Assembly: GCA_030390025.1 (NCBI GenBank)
Contig: JASTWF010000033.1
Coordinates: forward strand, 560,001 to 624,000
Direction: 5' to 3'
Length of the DNA: 64,000 nt
DNA from: Squalus acanthias
Lineage: Eukaryota
In this document: positions 46,408-60,635 of the stretch, piece after piece
Numbering within the stretch: the stretch's first letter is position 1
Layout: the number at the start of each line of letters is the position of its first letter
Translations under genes and position numbers: made by a program
The notes under the pieces: model-generated
What the model was told of the DNA's origin: nothing
Databases searched by the model: none
Seen by the model: only the letters and a program-made list of their open reading frames with translations

Positions 46408-46520
46408 AAGAAAGACTTACATTTCTATCGCGCTTTTCACGACCCCAAGACGTCCCAAAGCGCTTTACAGCCAATGAACGATTTTTGAAGTGTAGTCGCT
46501 ATTGAAATGTAGGTAAAGAT
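46408..46520 (-). mobile_element. SINE tail fragment (Deu/L2-type 3' end)
   Basis: AAAGAAAGACTTACATTTCTATCGCGC...CCCAAAGCGCTTTACAGCCAATGAA; a shorter counterpart lies at 9262-9312. Confidence 0.55.
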
Positions 46521-46662
46521 GTGCCCAAATCACCCCACATGATTCTCAACTCTTTGCGAAGGTGTTCGGTGGCAATAATCAGGCGCCTCAATGACTTCGA
46601 CTTTATTTGAATGAGTTCTGCGAGCAATTGCATTCGAGCTTGAAACAGCAACTGTGATTTCA

Positions 46663-47910
46663 TACAAAAGCAAAACACTGCGGATGCTGGAATTCTGAAG
46701 TAAAACCCAAAATGCTGGAAATACTCAGCAGGTCAGGCAGCATCTGTAGAGAGAGAAACAGAGTTAACGTTTAAGGTCGATGACCCTTCGTCAGAACTCT
46801 AAAAAGTTGGAGATATAAAAGGTTTTTAAGCAAGTGCAGGGGTAGGGAGAGGGGGAGGAGAGGACAGAACAAAAGAGAAGGTCTGTGATAGGATGGAAGG
46901 CAGGAGAGATCAATAGACAAAAGGGATGAAGGTGCATGGCAAAAGGAGATGATAAAAGGACAGGTTAAGAAAGAAAAGATGAGACTATATGAAGTGTAAA
47001 TGTCAGTGGCATTATCATCAACAGCTGCCATATGAAAAAATAGGGGCAGTGGTTATGGTCTGAAATTGTTGAAATCGATGCTGAGTCCAGAAGTCTGTAA
47101 AGTACCTATTCGAAAGATGAGGTTCTGTTCCTCGAGCTTACGTTGAGCTTCATTGAAACAGTGTAAGAGGCCGAGGACGTAGAGGTCAGAGTGGGAGTGG
47201 AGAGGAGAATTAAAGTGACAGGCGACTGAAAGCTCGGGGTCAACCTTATGGACTGAACGGAAGTGTTTCGCAAAGCAGTCACCAAATCAGCGTTTGGTCT
47301 CTCAAATGCAGAGGAGAGTGCATCGTGAGCAGTGAATACAGTACACTAAATTTCAGGAGTAAAAGTAAATCGCTGTTTCACCTGGAAGGAGAGTTTGGGG
47401 CCCTGGACATTGGGAGGGCGCATGGTAAAATAGCAGGTTTTGCATCTCTTGCGCTTGCACAGGAAGGTGCCGGGCGAAGGGGGAGGGGTGTTAGGGGTTA
47501 TAGAGGAGTGGAACAGGTTGTCGTGGAGGGAGCGGTCCCTTCGGAATGCTGAAAGGGGAGGTGAGGGGAAGATGTGTTTGCTGGTGGGATCACGCTGGAG
47601 GTGGCGGAAATGGCGGAGGATGAACCGCTGAATATGAAGGCTGGTGGGGTGACTGGTGAGGACAAGGGGAACCCTATCGTGGCTCCGGTAGGGAGGGAAA
47701 GGGTGAGAGCAGAAGTGCGGGAAATAGAACGGACATGGTCAAGGGCTGTAATCAACCACGGTAAAGGGGAAACATCTGTTGAGTAAAAAGGAAGACATGT
47801 TGGAAGCATTAGTATGGAAGGTAGCATCGTCAGAGCAGATGCGGCGGAGACAGAGATATTGGGAGAATGCAATAGAGTACGTACAGGAAGCGGGGTGGGA
47901 GGAAGTGCAG
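46663..47910 (-). mobile_element. Penelope-like element fragment (GIY-YIG endonuclease region plus 3' end)
   Basis: Minus strand LVYCIHCSRC.LL.I*ETKR at about 47290-47350; terminal CCTGCTGAGTATTTCCAGCATTTT...GCATCCGCAGT, also present as a fragment at 43835-43912. Confidence 0.8.
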
Positions 47911-47929
47911 TCTACACCATTCTATATTT

Positions 47930-49490
47930 TAATTTCAATAATTCTGATCAGCACCAGCCTGTTTAAGCCTATTCTAGTTCTTTCATTAATCAGAATGCGA
48001 AAGGTTGGTTTCTTCATGGAGCTTTGCATAAAAGATTTAAATGAGTCTTCTCCCTCCCCCGAGACATTTATCCATTCCATGCAGGGGGTTTGTCAGAGTC
48101 CCGTTCTTCAGTGCATCGTCATCATGCGTCACTTGTTTCTTCAAGCACAACAGGTCACTTCCACCCGCACAGCGTTATCCCCAGATCATGCAGCACCAGG
48201 TATCCTGTCTATCTGGGCTTTTTATCAAAATACTGTGCGGCCTGGAAAGGGTTTAATTGCATTCTCCCCCTACATGGTCCCGGTGTGTCGGGTAGTGTAT
48301 ATTCTGTGAAATACATTCTTCTAATTGTTAAAATTAGTCAAAGCAAGGACACAAACTTCTCCAGGGAGAGAGGAGGAAGCAGTTAACTAAGGGGCAATTA
48401 ATCTTTTTATCCGATCCAAATCGTTATTCTATATGTCTATAACATCTGCAAAATCTCGGTCTCTCAACTCAACTCTTCCCCAAACAATAACAGTGTCATC
48501 GTCAACAGCCGTCACTCCTCACATTAGAAAATCTATGGCAAGCAGAAGAGAAGTGGGGACAGGACGCGTTAGCTTGGCTTTATACAAGTATCAATCTTAA
48601 CCCACTCCATGTCACGCCCATTGTCCGGGCACAGCGCACACAGGTTCATCATACAGAGCTCCCATGAGATTAACAATGTTTGATTGACTGAACTGTGTTT
48701 CAGGATCTTCCAGAGCTCTTATCTGGGGCCATTCTCAAAGGCCTCTGTAAAATCAAAGACGTTGAAATCCAGCCTCAATAGTATTCTAAGCCTTTCTCGA
48801 TAATTTTCTCCAGATGAAATTCGGAATTGAAAAGAAAATTCCCGATAAAAATCCAGCATGAGGTTCCCTGAGTACTTGTTCAACACAAGTTTTGATCCAA
48901 TTCCTAATCATGGTGCACAACACATATCCAGTTATAGAGAGGAGTGTTACCCAACTCCAGTTATCACAGTTAAGCTTGGAGTTTGCTGATGACCCAACTT
49001 CCCCAGCCTTTAGAGCGGATCTAATTTATAGCAAATCAATCTCCACAACTCCCACATGTGACCCAACATCAATCCGTCACCGGCCTTTATTATTTCAGCC
49101 TTAATCTTATTATAGTCTGATGCTTCGCCAGTCTTCGGTTGGTTTCTGACCTAACTTCCTTCGCCAAAGCGGTTACTCATAATGAGATTAGCAAATCCAC
49201 TCCTTCTTCAGATCTCTCAATGTGAGTTAGTGTTTCTAAATGATCACCGTCAGGAAAGGCTCCATCCAAAAATGTCGCCGTCCTTCCTCTGTCGATATAA
49301 TTGGACGACCTCGAGCCTTCACAATGCCCAAGGGTTGTGAACTGTGCTGTCAATTGTAGGGATACGGATAACATATTTTTCAATCCGCTTTCTTATCTTA
49401 TTCCTTGGCATCTCTACGTTTACCTTCCATCCATTCTTTCGCATTTCTCCTGGCTGATCTACTATCTTAATTTTCTTTGTTTACATTGCT
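47930..49490 (-). mobile_element. Highly decayed RTE-clade LINE RT fragment
   Basis: Remnants NCDNW..VTLLSITG.VL, VLSPLLF.LAIDFLM and RDRDFAD(V)I resemble RTE RT motifs (NWRGITLLS, LSPLLF, DLDFADD). Confidence 0.65.
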
Positions 49491-49852
49491 CTTTTGACTC
49501 CATCCCTGGGCTGTGCTGTGAGTTGAAATCAGTCAGTGCTGTAAGGCGCCGAACAAACCGCAGCAGGGACCCAGGCACAATCCCCGGCCTGTGCTGAATT
49601 AGCCGACTTCGCCCTGTGTGGTACTGAGTCCCATAGAGAGCACGGAGAGTCTAGGCTCCATTCCTGGCCTGTGCTGAATTATATAATCCCAACCTTTATG
49701 GCATCGAGCCTCACTCAGCGCAGGCGGGGCCCAGGCTCCATCCACATCCTGTGCTGATAGCTCCTCTATTCCAGTGTAACCCATGTCCCGTAAACAGTAG
49801 TAAAGGTCCTGGTTCCAACCAATTCCCTGGCTGAGTTCTTTTTAGCTCACTC

Positions 49853-50440
49853 AGTGTGGTTCTGATGCCCACACAGAGCAGGAAGAGCCCTGTTCCACCC
49901 TCGGCCTGTGCTGAGTTACCGGATCTCACTCAGTGTGGTTCTGATGCACACACAGAGCAGGAAAAGGCCTGTTCCATCCTCGGCCTGTGCTGAGTTACCG
50001 GATCTCAGCCAGTGTGGTTCTGATAGCCACACAGAGCAGAAAGAGCCATGTTCATCCTCGGCCTGTGCTGAGTTACCGGATCTCAGCCAGTGTGGTTCTG
50101 ATACCCACACAGAGCAGGAAGAGCCATGTTCATCCTCGGCCTGTGCTGAGTTACCGGATCTCAGCCAGTGTGGTTCTGATGCCCCCACTGAGCAGGACTA
50201 GCCATGTTCATCCTCGGCCTGTGCTGAGTTACCGGATCTCAGCCAGTGTGGTTCTGATGCCCACACAGAGCAGGAAAAGGCCTGTTCCACCCTCGGACTG
50301 TGCTGAGTTACCGGATCTCAGCCAGTGTGGTTCTGATGCCCCCACAGAGCAGGAAGGGCCATGTTCATCCTCGGCCTGTGCTGAGTTACTGGAACTCAGC
50401 CAGTGTGGTAATGGGTCGCAAACAGAGCAGGAAGGGCCCA
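49853..50440 (+). repeat. 78/79-bp minisatellite, about 7.5 copies, with degenerate units back to about 49500
   Basis: Unit starts at 49853, 49932, 50011, 50089, 50167, 50245, 50324 and 50402. Confidence 0.95.
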
Positions 50441-50819
50441 GAGCTGAGCGGGAACCGGTCGGGCTCGGGTCAGCCGCCAGTTTTACACTGCGCCAGATTT
50501 TACTTGCAGTTGTTAATGGAGAATAAAATCGGGCATTGTGTAAAACGGGCGGCTGAGTCAATCCCGTCAGCTTCCCGTGGAGCGGGTTAATTTAAAATGA
50601 CCTCTATATCTATCCGTCTTTTTGCTCAGTGTGGAGAATTGGGAGAATGTCAGAAACGTTCGGTATCGAATGGGTCGCTCGTTATACATCTCGCCGATCT
50701 TCCTTTCCATTACCTGCAATATATACGAATGTCGGGCGGGATCTGTAAGTTAAAATTATCCCCATAGACTATTTATTTCATTTTTTCTGTTTCTGTGAAT
50801 TAGTGTTGCAGGAAACATT

Positions 50820-51266
50820 AGCAAAGTGGTGATGTTACTGGGCTATTAATCGAGAGGCCTGGACGAATGATCCAGGGACGTGAGTTTAAATGCCAGCACA
50901 GCAGTAGGGGAATTAAAATTCAGTTAATTAAATAAATCTGGAATAAAACGCACGTATCAGTAATGGTGACCATGAAACTATTGGATTGTGGTAAAAATCC
51001 AACTGGTTCACCAATGTCCAATAGGGAAGGAATTCTGACGTCCTTACCTGGTCTGGCTTATATGTGACTCCAGACCCACAGCAATGTGGTTGACTCTTAA
51101 CTGCCCTCTGAAATGGCCGAGCAAGCCACTCAGTTACAACAAACCGCTACAAAACACAATAATAAGAATAAAACCGGACGGACCATACGTCATCGACCTT
51201 GGCAGCGGCTACGGACACGGCAGCGAAACAAACAGCACAGTCGACCGTGCAAAGTCCCCCTCACTG
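50820..51266 (+). mobile_element. tRNA-headed SINE or LINE 5' end
   Basis: A-box-like AGCAAAGTGG, B-box-like GAGTTTAAAT, body GACCATGAAAC...GTGACTCCAGACCCACAGCAATGTGGTTGACTCTTAACTGCCC. Confidence 0.6.
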
Positions 51267-53159
51267 TCAAGTTACAGGGTTCGCATTGATTGAAATACAC
51301 ATTCGCTGGCTTAGAGTTACGCTGTTTGACCAACTATTGCCTGCAAACACGTATGCCTTGTAAGAATAGTCATATCGCCTTATTTTACCAGGGTTTAAAT
51401 AAATGTTGAGATCAAATTTTAAAAATCATTTAAACATTCCCTTACATTCAAAATTAGTTTAGGTTAATTTTGTACCGTTTAACAAATGTTGAAATTTATT
51501 TTTCAAAACGTTATATATTTATTTTAAATGTTTAAATGAAAGTATTTTAAATAATTTTGACCATGTGATTATTGTATCTTTTATTTTAGTGTTGTGTAAT
51601 TGCAATTTTTAAGGAATTTCTACTCTGCTTGTGGGGATTCTGTACGTAAATGGAAACCACATAAGCATAATAGGAGTCTCCCTTTCTCATTGGTTGGGCT
51701 GGCGCACGTGATCCCAGGGAGGCTTGCCAAACGCAATGCGCCCCTGGGATACGTCGGCCCTTGGGCCGGAATATGCCTGCAGGCCCAGGACTGCAAGAGT
51801 CCGAAGCAGCGGTGGCACCAGGTAGGTGCATACTTTTCTTGGGGTCCGATGGCATTCGCCCGCGGGAAGCCTCCGACCGCAATTTTCAGCCCATTAATTA
51901 AGTGGCCCGCCTCTCCACCCGCCTGGGATGTCACAAAACCCAAAAGCAATGGTCGCCTTTTTTTCACTTTTTACTCTCCCCACTATTCCCGCCCATTTCC
52001 AGACCCTCTCCCGCCCGTCCTGGGGGAGGTAACATCGAGGCCAATGGAACTGAATATCGGGAACGGTTCATAACGGCCCACAGAAACCAGACTGACCGTG
52101 TTTAACTTCCGCCAGTGCGAATGTTTACCCCAACAATGTATACACTAAAGTGAAATCGAATATTTATATCATATTGGGTTATATTTCAATTAAAACAGAT
52201 ATCTGTTGCAACAGATGTGCGAGGCGCTTGCAAAAGCTCCAACACCCGCATCACATTTCAGCATAGGGGAGAAAAGGAGAAGTGGCAAACCCCGCCTCCG
52301 ACAAACGGCACTGTTCCCTTTTACACCGCCCCTGAACAACACAGTTTCACAGACGCTGCAAACTGCTCGGCGGAATGGAAGCTGGTATCACTAGTGCAGA
52401 ACTGAAGTTCTCGCAAACTTCTCGACAGCAACAACTTCCAGCACCTCCGTCCACAATGCAGGTACAGGAGCCGTTTGTTCAGTAAATAACAACGCAGCTT
52501 TAAGGTAACCAGGCAGTTATTGTAGTCGCTCTGTGACGTTGTGCCGACAGATACGTCCCATTTTAATTATCACCTTTGAAATTTGTGTAAGTTTAAATCT
52601 TAGATACTTGAACGCTTCGGAGTGGCACCGAAGCCTTGCAGCCCACAGGGGTTCCAGGTACGAATCCTGTTCTGTTCAGGGTTTGGTGATCCGGAAAACG
52701 GTCCTGACAGCGGCATATTCAGGATCCGAGGATTCTCATTTTAGGGAGAACCGTTTTGAACTACCGGCCGAGTGAATGTTTACCCCCACAATGTATTTAC
52801 TGAAGTAAAAGCGAATATTTATAAACATATTCGGCTATACTTCAATTTAAAAACAGATATCTGTTGCAACAGATGTGCGAGGCGCTTGCAAAAGCTCCAA
52901 GAACCGCATCACATCCACAGCATCGGGGAGAAAAGGAGAAGTAGCGAATCCCGCGAGAATTCGAGCTGCAGATTGTCAGTCAGTTACTCTGGCCGGAAAC
53001 AGTGGGCGAAAGGTCCTGATAGGAGCTGCATTGAACGGGACATCCTCCCGCCCCCCGCCAAAAGCCGAAATATCCTGTCCACGCTCACTGGCCTGCTCCT
53101 ATAGGACGAATGAGAGCTCGGGCAAGCGACCAGAAGCCTGACCGATATCAGTAAAACAA

Positions 53160-53443
53160 TGGCCCAAATTTGCGATCGGAGGCTTCCCGCAAACGGATCC
53201 CACCGACCTGTAAAATATCTACGCATTTACATGGTGGCCCGGGAGTTACGGAGACTTGCGCTCCAGGGACTCTCCGGGTACCCGCGGGTAGATGCCCACG
53301 GATACCAGGGGGAGAATTCTTGACAGATCGCAAGGTCCGGGTTTGAGCGCATGCGCTTCGCTTGCCTAAACCCGGAATCTGCGCGGCCCCGACGTGCGCA
53401 TTCACGCCTCGTACGTACCCGTACGGGTCGCAAAATACGGCCC
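53160..53443. mobile_element. MITE (Harbinger-like termini)
   Basis: Imperfect TIRs GGCCCAAATTTGCGATC / GGTCGCAAAATACGGCCC around a GC-rich body. Confidence 0.55.
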
Positions 53444-53729
53444 AAGTTTGTTGTTTCCCATAGCCGTTATGGGCTACAGTTTCTTCCTGATTTGATGACA
53501 TGATCATGGTTTAGAACAGATTTTTCCTTTGCTTCCGGAGTCCAAAGGCAAGTCGCAACATATTTAATGTAAAGGCTTTATTTTTCCCGACCAACTGCTT
53601 ATTTCACAACTGGGTCTTAAAAAAAAATGTTTTTCCCAAGAAGAATTAAAAGTATTTCTTCCCCGTAATTATCCAGTAAATGCACTGTCGGAAATAATGC
53701 TGAAAATTAAAGGTTACAAGGTAAACCAC

Positions 53730-56590
53730 ACTGGATAGAAATGGAACTAGACAAATAAGCAGGTGCCACTGACAAATGGAAAGATGTACTACACAGGTGA
53801 GAAGCTGTACTAGACATCAGAGAAGCTGAAATGACAGGTGAGGAAGGAAAGGGTATCGATGAAGTAAACCAATCAGAAGGCAAACTGGGCAAAAAGCGTG
53901 ATCTAGGCAGGAGACACAGTGACATAGACAGCTGGCCTGGTGAAACAAACAGTTGACAAAGCTTCATGGACCGGTGACATGGTGAATGAACCAGGTGACA
54001 CAGTGACCTAGACAGGTGCCACAATCACCAAGACCAGTAAAACAATGACCTAGAGCTATGACACAATGACCTAGACAGGTGACTCAGTGTCCTAGACCTG
54101 TGCACAGTGACCTAGGCAGTTGACACAGTGATCTAGGCAGGTGGTAGAGTTACCTAGACAGGTGACACAGTGAACTAGACAGTTGACATAGTGACCTAAA
54201 CCAGTGACACAGGGACCAGACAGGGAAAACGATGAATTAGACTCCTGAGAGATGAACGATTCAGGTGAGACAATGAACGAGAGAATTGAAAGAAGAAATA
54301 TTTAGGTATCACAGTGAACCAGGCAGGTGAGAGAATGAACCAGACAAATGAAAGATTGATAGTTCAGGTGAGATTGTGAGCCAGACAGGCGAGAAGATGA
54401 ACCAAACAAGTGGTAGATGATCGATTCAGGTGTGGAAGTGAACTAGTTCGGGGAAATATTAACGATTCAGGTGGCACGGTGACCTAGACAGGTGCGACAA
54501 TGAAATAAATATTTGATTGTGGGACGTACACAGATGAGAAGGTGATTCATACATGTGTAAAGATGAACTTGGCTGGTGAGAACGTTTGATAGAAAAGTGA
54601 GATAGCGGACTCAACAAGTGCGAAAGGAAACAAGACAGAGTAGATGGTGAATTAGATTAACTAAGAGGGTGAACTTTGACTGGTGAATAGCTGAATTACT
54701 CAACTGATACAATACAGCAGGTGAACAGGATGATTATTGTAGCATATTCATTCAGAGCGTTGTTACGTCTCCAACTCTCATGGTCTCAGCGTTCGTCGTG
54801 GCGAAGAAGGTCAGATTATTCTGGGGCCAGAGACCAACTGTAAACTTGAGAGAGCCAGGTGCTTCTGCATCTTATAGGTATCATTTCCAGGCCTTCAAAC
54901 CACAGCTTGCCAGTATCGTGGAGATGCTGTGCAGTCAAGCCTAGTCACGTGCTCTTAATGAGGTTTGGGAGGTCATCTTTATGACCTGAAGATTTGTGAC
55001 CGAATATGGTGGATGCAGCAGTGACGCTACTGGAACAATGGATCATTTTTGGCCCGGTGCGCTTGCGAGACAGTTAATGTCTCTGATGTATCCAGGAGAA
55101 TTGGAGTGATGCAATCTTTAGACGGGCCAAGCTGTGTTGGAAGCAAAAAATGCGATTGCCATATTCTCTTGTCCATGTCCAGCATTACCTGGCGCCTTAA
55201 GGCAATTCGGTATCGTGTTTCTGGGATGCTTGAACATGACTCATGGTTCAGTGATCCTAGATATGTAAACCGCTTCACCCAATCCACATTTTCACCTGAA
55301 ATCTCTAAGTTAGACGGATGCGAGAGAAAGCTGCGGAGTGAATGGATCATTGTCTTCTTTCAGTTAAATGATATGCCTAAAGGGCCAATTATAAAGTCAA
55401 CTGCTTAAGTCAAAAGTTGAATTAGACAATTGAGAAAGTAAACGAGTCAGGTAAGAAGCTGGACTACATAAATGATAAGATTGAATGGGGAGGTGAATAA
55501 GATGAAAAAAACAAGTGAAAGGTGAAAGAGGCAATTTCAAAGATGGATTAAGCAGGGGAGGTGGTGAACTAATAGTTCAGTTTGTGAAATGTTGAGGTAA
55601 GAGGATAAACTGAAAGGGTAATACGTGAATTACCCAGTTGAGATGGTGAAGAAGCCAAGAGCGACAGTGAACATGGCAGTTGAGAAGGTAGCGTTGCGGT
55701 TATAGCACTGAGCTAGCAGCCCAGAGACCATAAATTGAAATAGCACCAGGATAATCTTTTTAAACTCAATTCAATCAAACTGTTAATTTATGCAACAGGT
55801 CCAGAACAATTAGCTGCAAAAGTTGCCAGACTGCCGTAAAAAATGCTTCAAAAATGTGAAGTGGATGAGGCAGAAGGAAGCCTATAGAGATGAGATATTG
55901 AACTATATAAGTGAGAAGTTGGAACCTGGGCAGAACAGGTGAGAAAGTGAATTAGATTGATGGGCAGTAGAAATAGACAAGAGAGGAGGCGAGTTACTTA
56001 GACAAGTGAGAATGTGAGATACACAGATGAGAAGATGGAAGAATACAAGCGAAATGTTACGTGGAAAGGTGACGTAGTTAAGTGACAAGGTGAACTGCTT
56101 AGCTGATATTGTGATCAATAAAAGTTCAGAAGGTGAAGTAGACAAGAGAGCATATGAACGAGACAGCTGAGAAAGTGAACTGGCCAGGACAGCAGGTGAA
56201 CTGTCGAGGGAAAATGTTCAACTCCACAGATGACAAGGTGAACTGGACAGGTGAACAGGTCAAACAGACACTGAACTGATTAGTGGATGAACCAGGCATC
56301 GCTGAAGGTCAACTCATACAAGAGAGAAGGCAACCTAGACAGACATGAACTGTTCAAGTGATAATGCTCTTTGGAAGATGAGAAACTGAACAAGATTAAT
56401 GAGGTGGTGAAGTAGACAGAAGTGAAAATAAGCAGATGTGTACAGTTGGGAAGGTGAACCAGACAAGGGATAGCGTTAAAATAGCAGTTGCGAAATTGAA
56501 ACAGAAAAGTAAGATGGTGAACTAGGAAGGGGAGAATGTGACCGAGGCTGTTAAGGACGTTAAGCCGAGAGGATAGAAGGTGAACTACAC
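53730..56590 (+). repeat. Degenerate approximately 21-bp satellite (GGTGAACTAGACAGGTGAGAA-like), interrupted at about 54725-55400
   Basis: Recurring TGAACTAGACAGGTGA / TGACCTAGACAGGTGA at about 21-nt spacing; strong purine strand bias. Confidence 0.8.
54730..55345 (-). mobile_element. RTE-clade LINE 3' fragment
   Basis: ORF 55027-55350: VKRFTYLGS...ITPILLDTSETL, matching the RTE FTYLGS and LLYGSETW motifs. Confidence 0.7.
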
Positions 56591-56661
56591 CGTGTGAGTT
56601 AGGTTAAAACCACCCGCATTTAACTTGATTTCCGATCGTAAAGCTGTCATTTTGAGTCAAG

Positions 56662-56960
56662 GAACATAAGAAGGAACATAAGCCAATGGTAGGGTAACCA
56701 GCCCCTCGAGCCTGTTCCGCAATTCACTTAGATCATGTCTGATCTGCATCTTAAAATCCATCTACCCACATGGATTCCGTAAGAGTTAATACTCTTGCCT
56801 AACAATAATTTATTAATCTCTATTTTGAAATTTTGAAGTGACCCACCCTCACCAGATTCTTGGGGAGAGAGTTCCAGCTTTGCACTACCCCTTGTGCGAA
56901 TAATTCCTTCATGAAACCATCCCTGAAATAGCCGATCTGTAATTGTAAGGTTATCCCTCC
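56662..56960 (-). mobile_element. Degenerate CR1 3' end
   Basis: GAACATAAG repeats followed by CAGCCCCTCGAGCCTGTTCCGC. Confidence 0.65.
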
Positions 56961-58329
56961 ATTTGCCAATTATAGAAACCGCCGGATTTTCATTTCCATT
57001 GAGTTCAGAGTTACGCCCGAATGGTGCGTTGAAAAAGTTCCTTAATTTGGGGGGTAATTTTTAATTCCAACAAATGATGTAAACCGGGCGGGTGTATAAT
57101 GGGTGGTGTATCCGATATCATCACTTTTTACATTAAATAAAAATTAAAATTACCCCTGGGTTTATCTTTCCAATGAGAGCAAGCCCAGTATCCACGACGC
57201 TCCCTAAAACATAAATACTTCATACCCAAATAAATTAATTGTTTACCATGAAATTCCTTGTATCAAAATGATGACTAAACTTATCCTGATTACTAAATCC
57301 ATGTTCTTAAAATTATAATATCAGCGCTTTCTTCCTTCTTTATACAGATGTTTGGTGGTGCACATCACCATCAAATTAAATGTGCTGCAAATTATTTCAG
57401 AAATTCTTGAATGTATCCCAAACTCCTAAGATTTCAATGATCAGCCCAGAGCCATTCCCTTTGTTTCATTTTCTTTAATTCGCCAAATAATGTCTCATTT
57501 TAGACACGGATAAATCTGCCACCTGGAAAGTGCTGGCAATAGTTCTCCTGGTTACCTGCTGTGTTCTAATTGCAGCACTTGTTTCGCAAATAATAACAGG
57601 TCAGTAAAATTTATTTAATAATTTCCTCTAAATCATTTCTTTCTACCGTGTCCTGGTTCACCTTTGAGACCCAACGGGGATGAGGAATTATTAGAGCTGT
57701 CCTTTGTGAGCAGTCAACCTTTTTCTCCTTTGGTTCACAACAACACATTTCGAGTGATCACGAGACTTCGTAGTGAGTATACAGAACAGACTTTATTGAA
57801 ACACTGTAAAGATGATTGGCCCCAACTGTATATAGTGAGCGGCTTTTTCCGGTTTCTGTTTCTTTCCAGCACTCTGAAAATCTGTTGAAAACCATGCTCC
57901 TTTTAAACACCATATTTTGAATACATCAAAGGAAAATTGTAATAGATAATGTATGACGCATCTATTCGCAAACCCTTTGACAACAGACAATTCATGTAGA
58001 CAATTTGCAGTTATTTACTTCAAAATACATCCCCAAAGCAAGACTTCCTCCAATGGATTCGCTACCCCTGTTTTATTACCCCAAAAGTAAAGTTACATTT
58101 TATTACCTCCAATGATTTCCTTACACAAGCACTTGACATATCAGAAGACACGCCATGCTTTCTCCTCACGAAACTTCAAAGTCATTCGGTTTATATTGGA
58201 AAACTTGGAAAGCCCGATGCTTCAAGACTCAAAGAAGTTCGACTGATAACTCTTAACTCTCCACGAAAATCAACATATATCTCCCCAGGATATTCAACAT
58301 CGCTGTCCCATCAAAATAATGTAGGGAAA

Positions 58330-58850
58330 TGTACAGCACAGGTTAGATACAGAGTAAAGCTGCACACACTGACACATCAAACATTCTCATGACAGGTACA
58401 GCACGGTTATGTATCGAATCAATCTTCCTTTGACCAGTCCCATCAAACACTCCCAGGGCAGGTACAGCAAACTTTAGATAGAGAGTAAAGCTCCCTCGAC
58501 ACGGTCCCATCAAACACTTACAGGGCCAGAACATCACGGGGTAGATACAGAGTAACACTCCCCTACATCGTCCCAACAAACACACACAGGGCAAGTATAG
58601 CACGGGTCAGATACAGAGTAACGCTCCCCCTACACTGTCCCATGAAACAACCACAGGGCCAGTATAGCACGGGTCAGATACAGAGTAACGCTGCACCTAC
58701 ACTGTCCCATCAAACACCCACAGGGCCAATATAGCACGGGTTAGATACAGAGTAAAGCTCCCACCACACTGTCCCCTCAAACACCCACAGGGCCAATATA
58801 GCACGGGTCAGATACAGAGTAACCCTCCCCTACACTGTCCCATCAAGCAC
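58330..58850 (+). repeat. 67-bp minisatellite, about 8 copies
   Basis: GATACAGAGTAA recurs at 58346, 58477, 58544, 58610, 58677, 58744 and 58811. Confidence 0.95.
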
Positions 58851-59490
58851 CTCTACCTCAGCAAAAGCACACATGCGATGCAGATATTTCCCTGTGAAGC
58901 ACGTTCCGGATTGATACACTTCAGATTTTATATGGAATAAATTTGCACAATTATGTAGAGAACAGGTTAGATGAAGTAACTGTACATTACTGTATACCAT
59001 AAAGCAGGTTGGATGCAATGTTAAGTCTCGAAATGTCGTTTGCCCCATAAATTTTTTAACTCTATTGCTGTCGCATTATTGGTATTCTGAAACGCCTTTC
59101 AATATTTGTGATTTTATATTCATTTTATAGGATTTCAGAAGCAGTAAAGCAACATATATTCTGCCGTGATTTATACTTTAACCAACGTTACGTACTTATG
59201 TAACATAAAATGTGTGTTATTCTTTTGATGTTGTAAAAATTTCACTTATTTTTAGGATATTTTGTTTGCATGGAAATTGATGAGCAATTTACGACCCGAG
59301 AGAAACTGAACCGCAATATTACAAACCTCCAGGAACAGTGCAGGGACCGTGTGATCACGTTTTGTGTTCAAAGGGGCGGTCCTGGTATGTATAATAAACA
59401 TTCATATTTCAGGAATATATCCTTCTGTCCAACTATAGCCACCCACTCATCCATTTCTCCAATGATTAATTCGATGATCCATACCTACAC

Positions 59491-60445
<955 letters not shown>

Positions 60446-60635
60446 GATTATCTTTCCAGCTAGCTCCGGAGGTGCAATGAAACTTCGGTATTTACAGATA
60501 AACCGTCTGTGGCGGATCGGCCGCCTGCCCCTTATTGACGTCCATTGAATGACAATCGGACGCTTGTTTACAACGAGCCGCCGATTCGCTACCGCCAGTT
60601 TTGCAGACCCGCCAAATTTGAGTTTTAAACCTAAT

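Noticed and set aside
49853..50440. CRISPR-like array or repeat protein ORFs
   Set aside because: Whole units repeat with no unique spacers; eukaryotic context, no cas genes; 79-bp units break the frame
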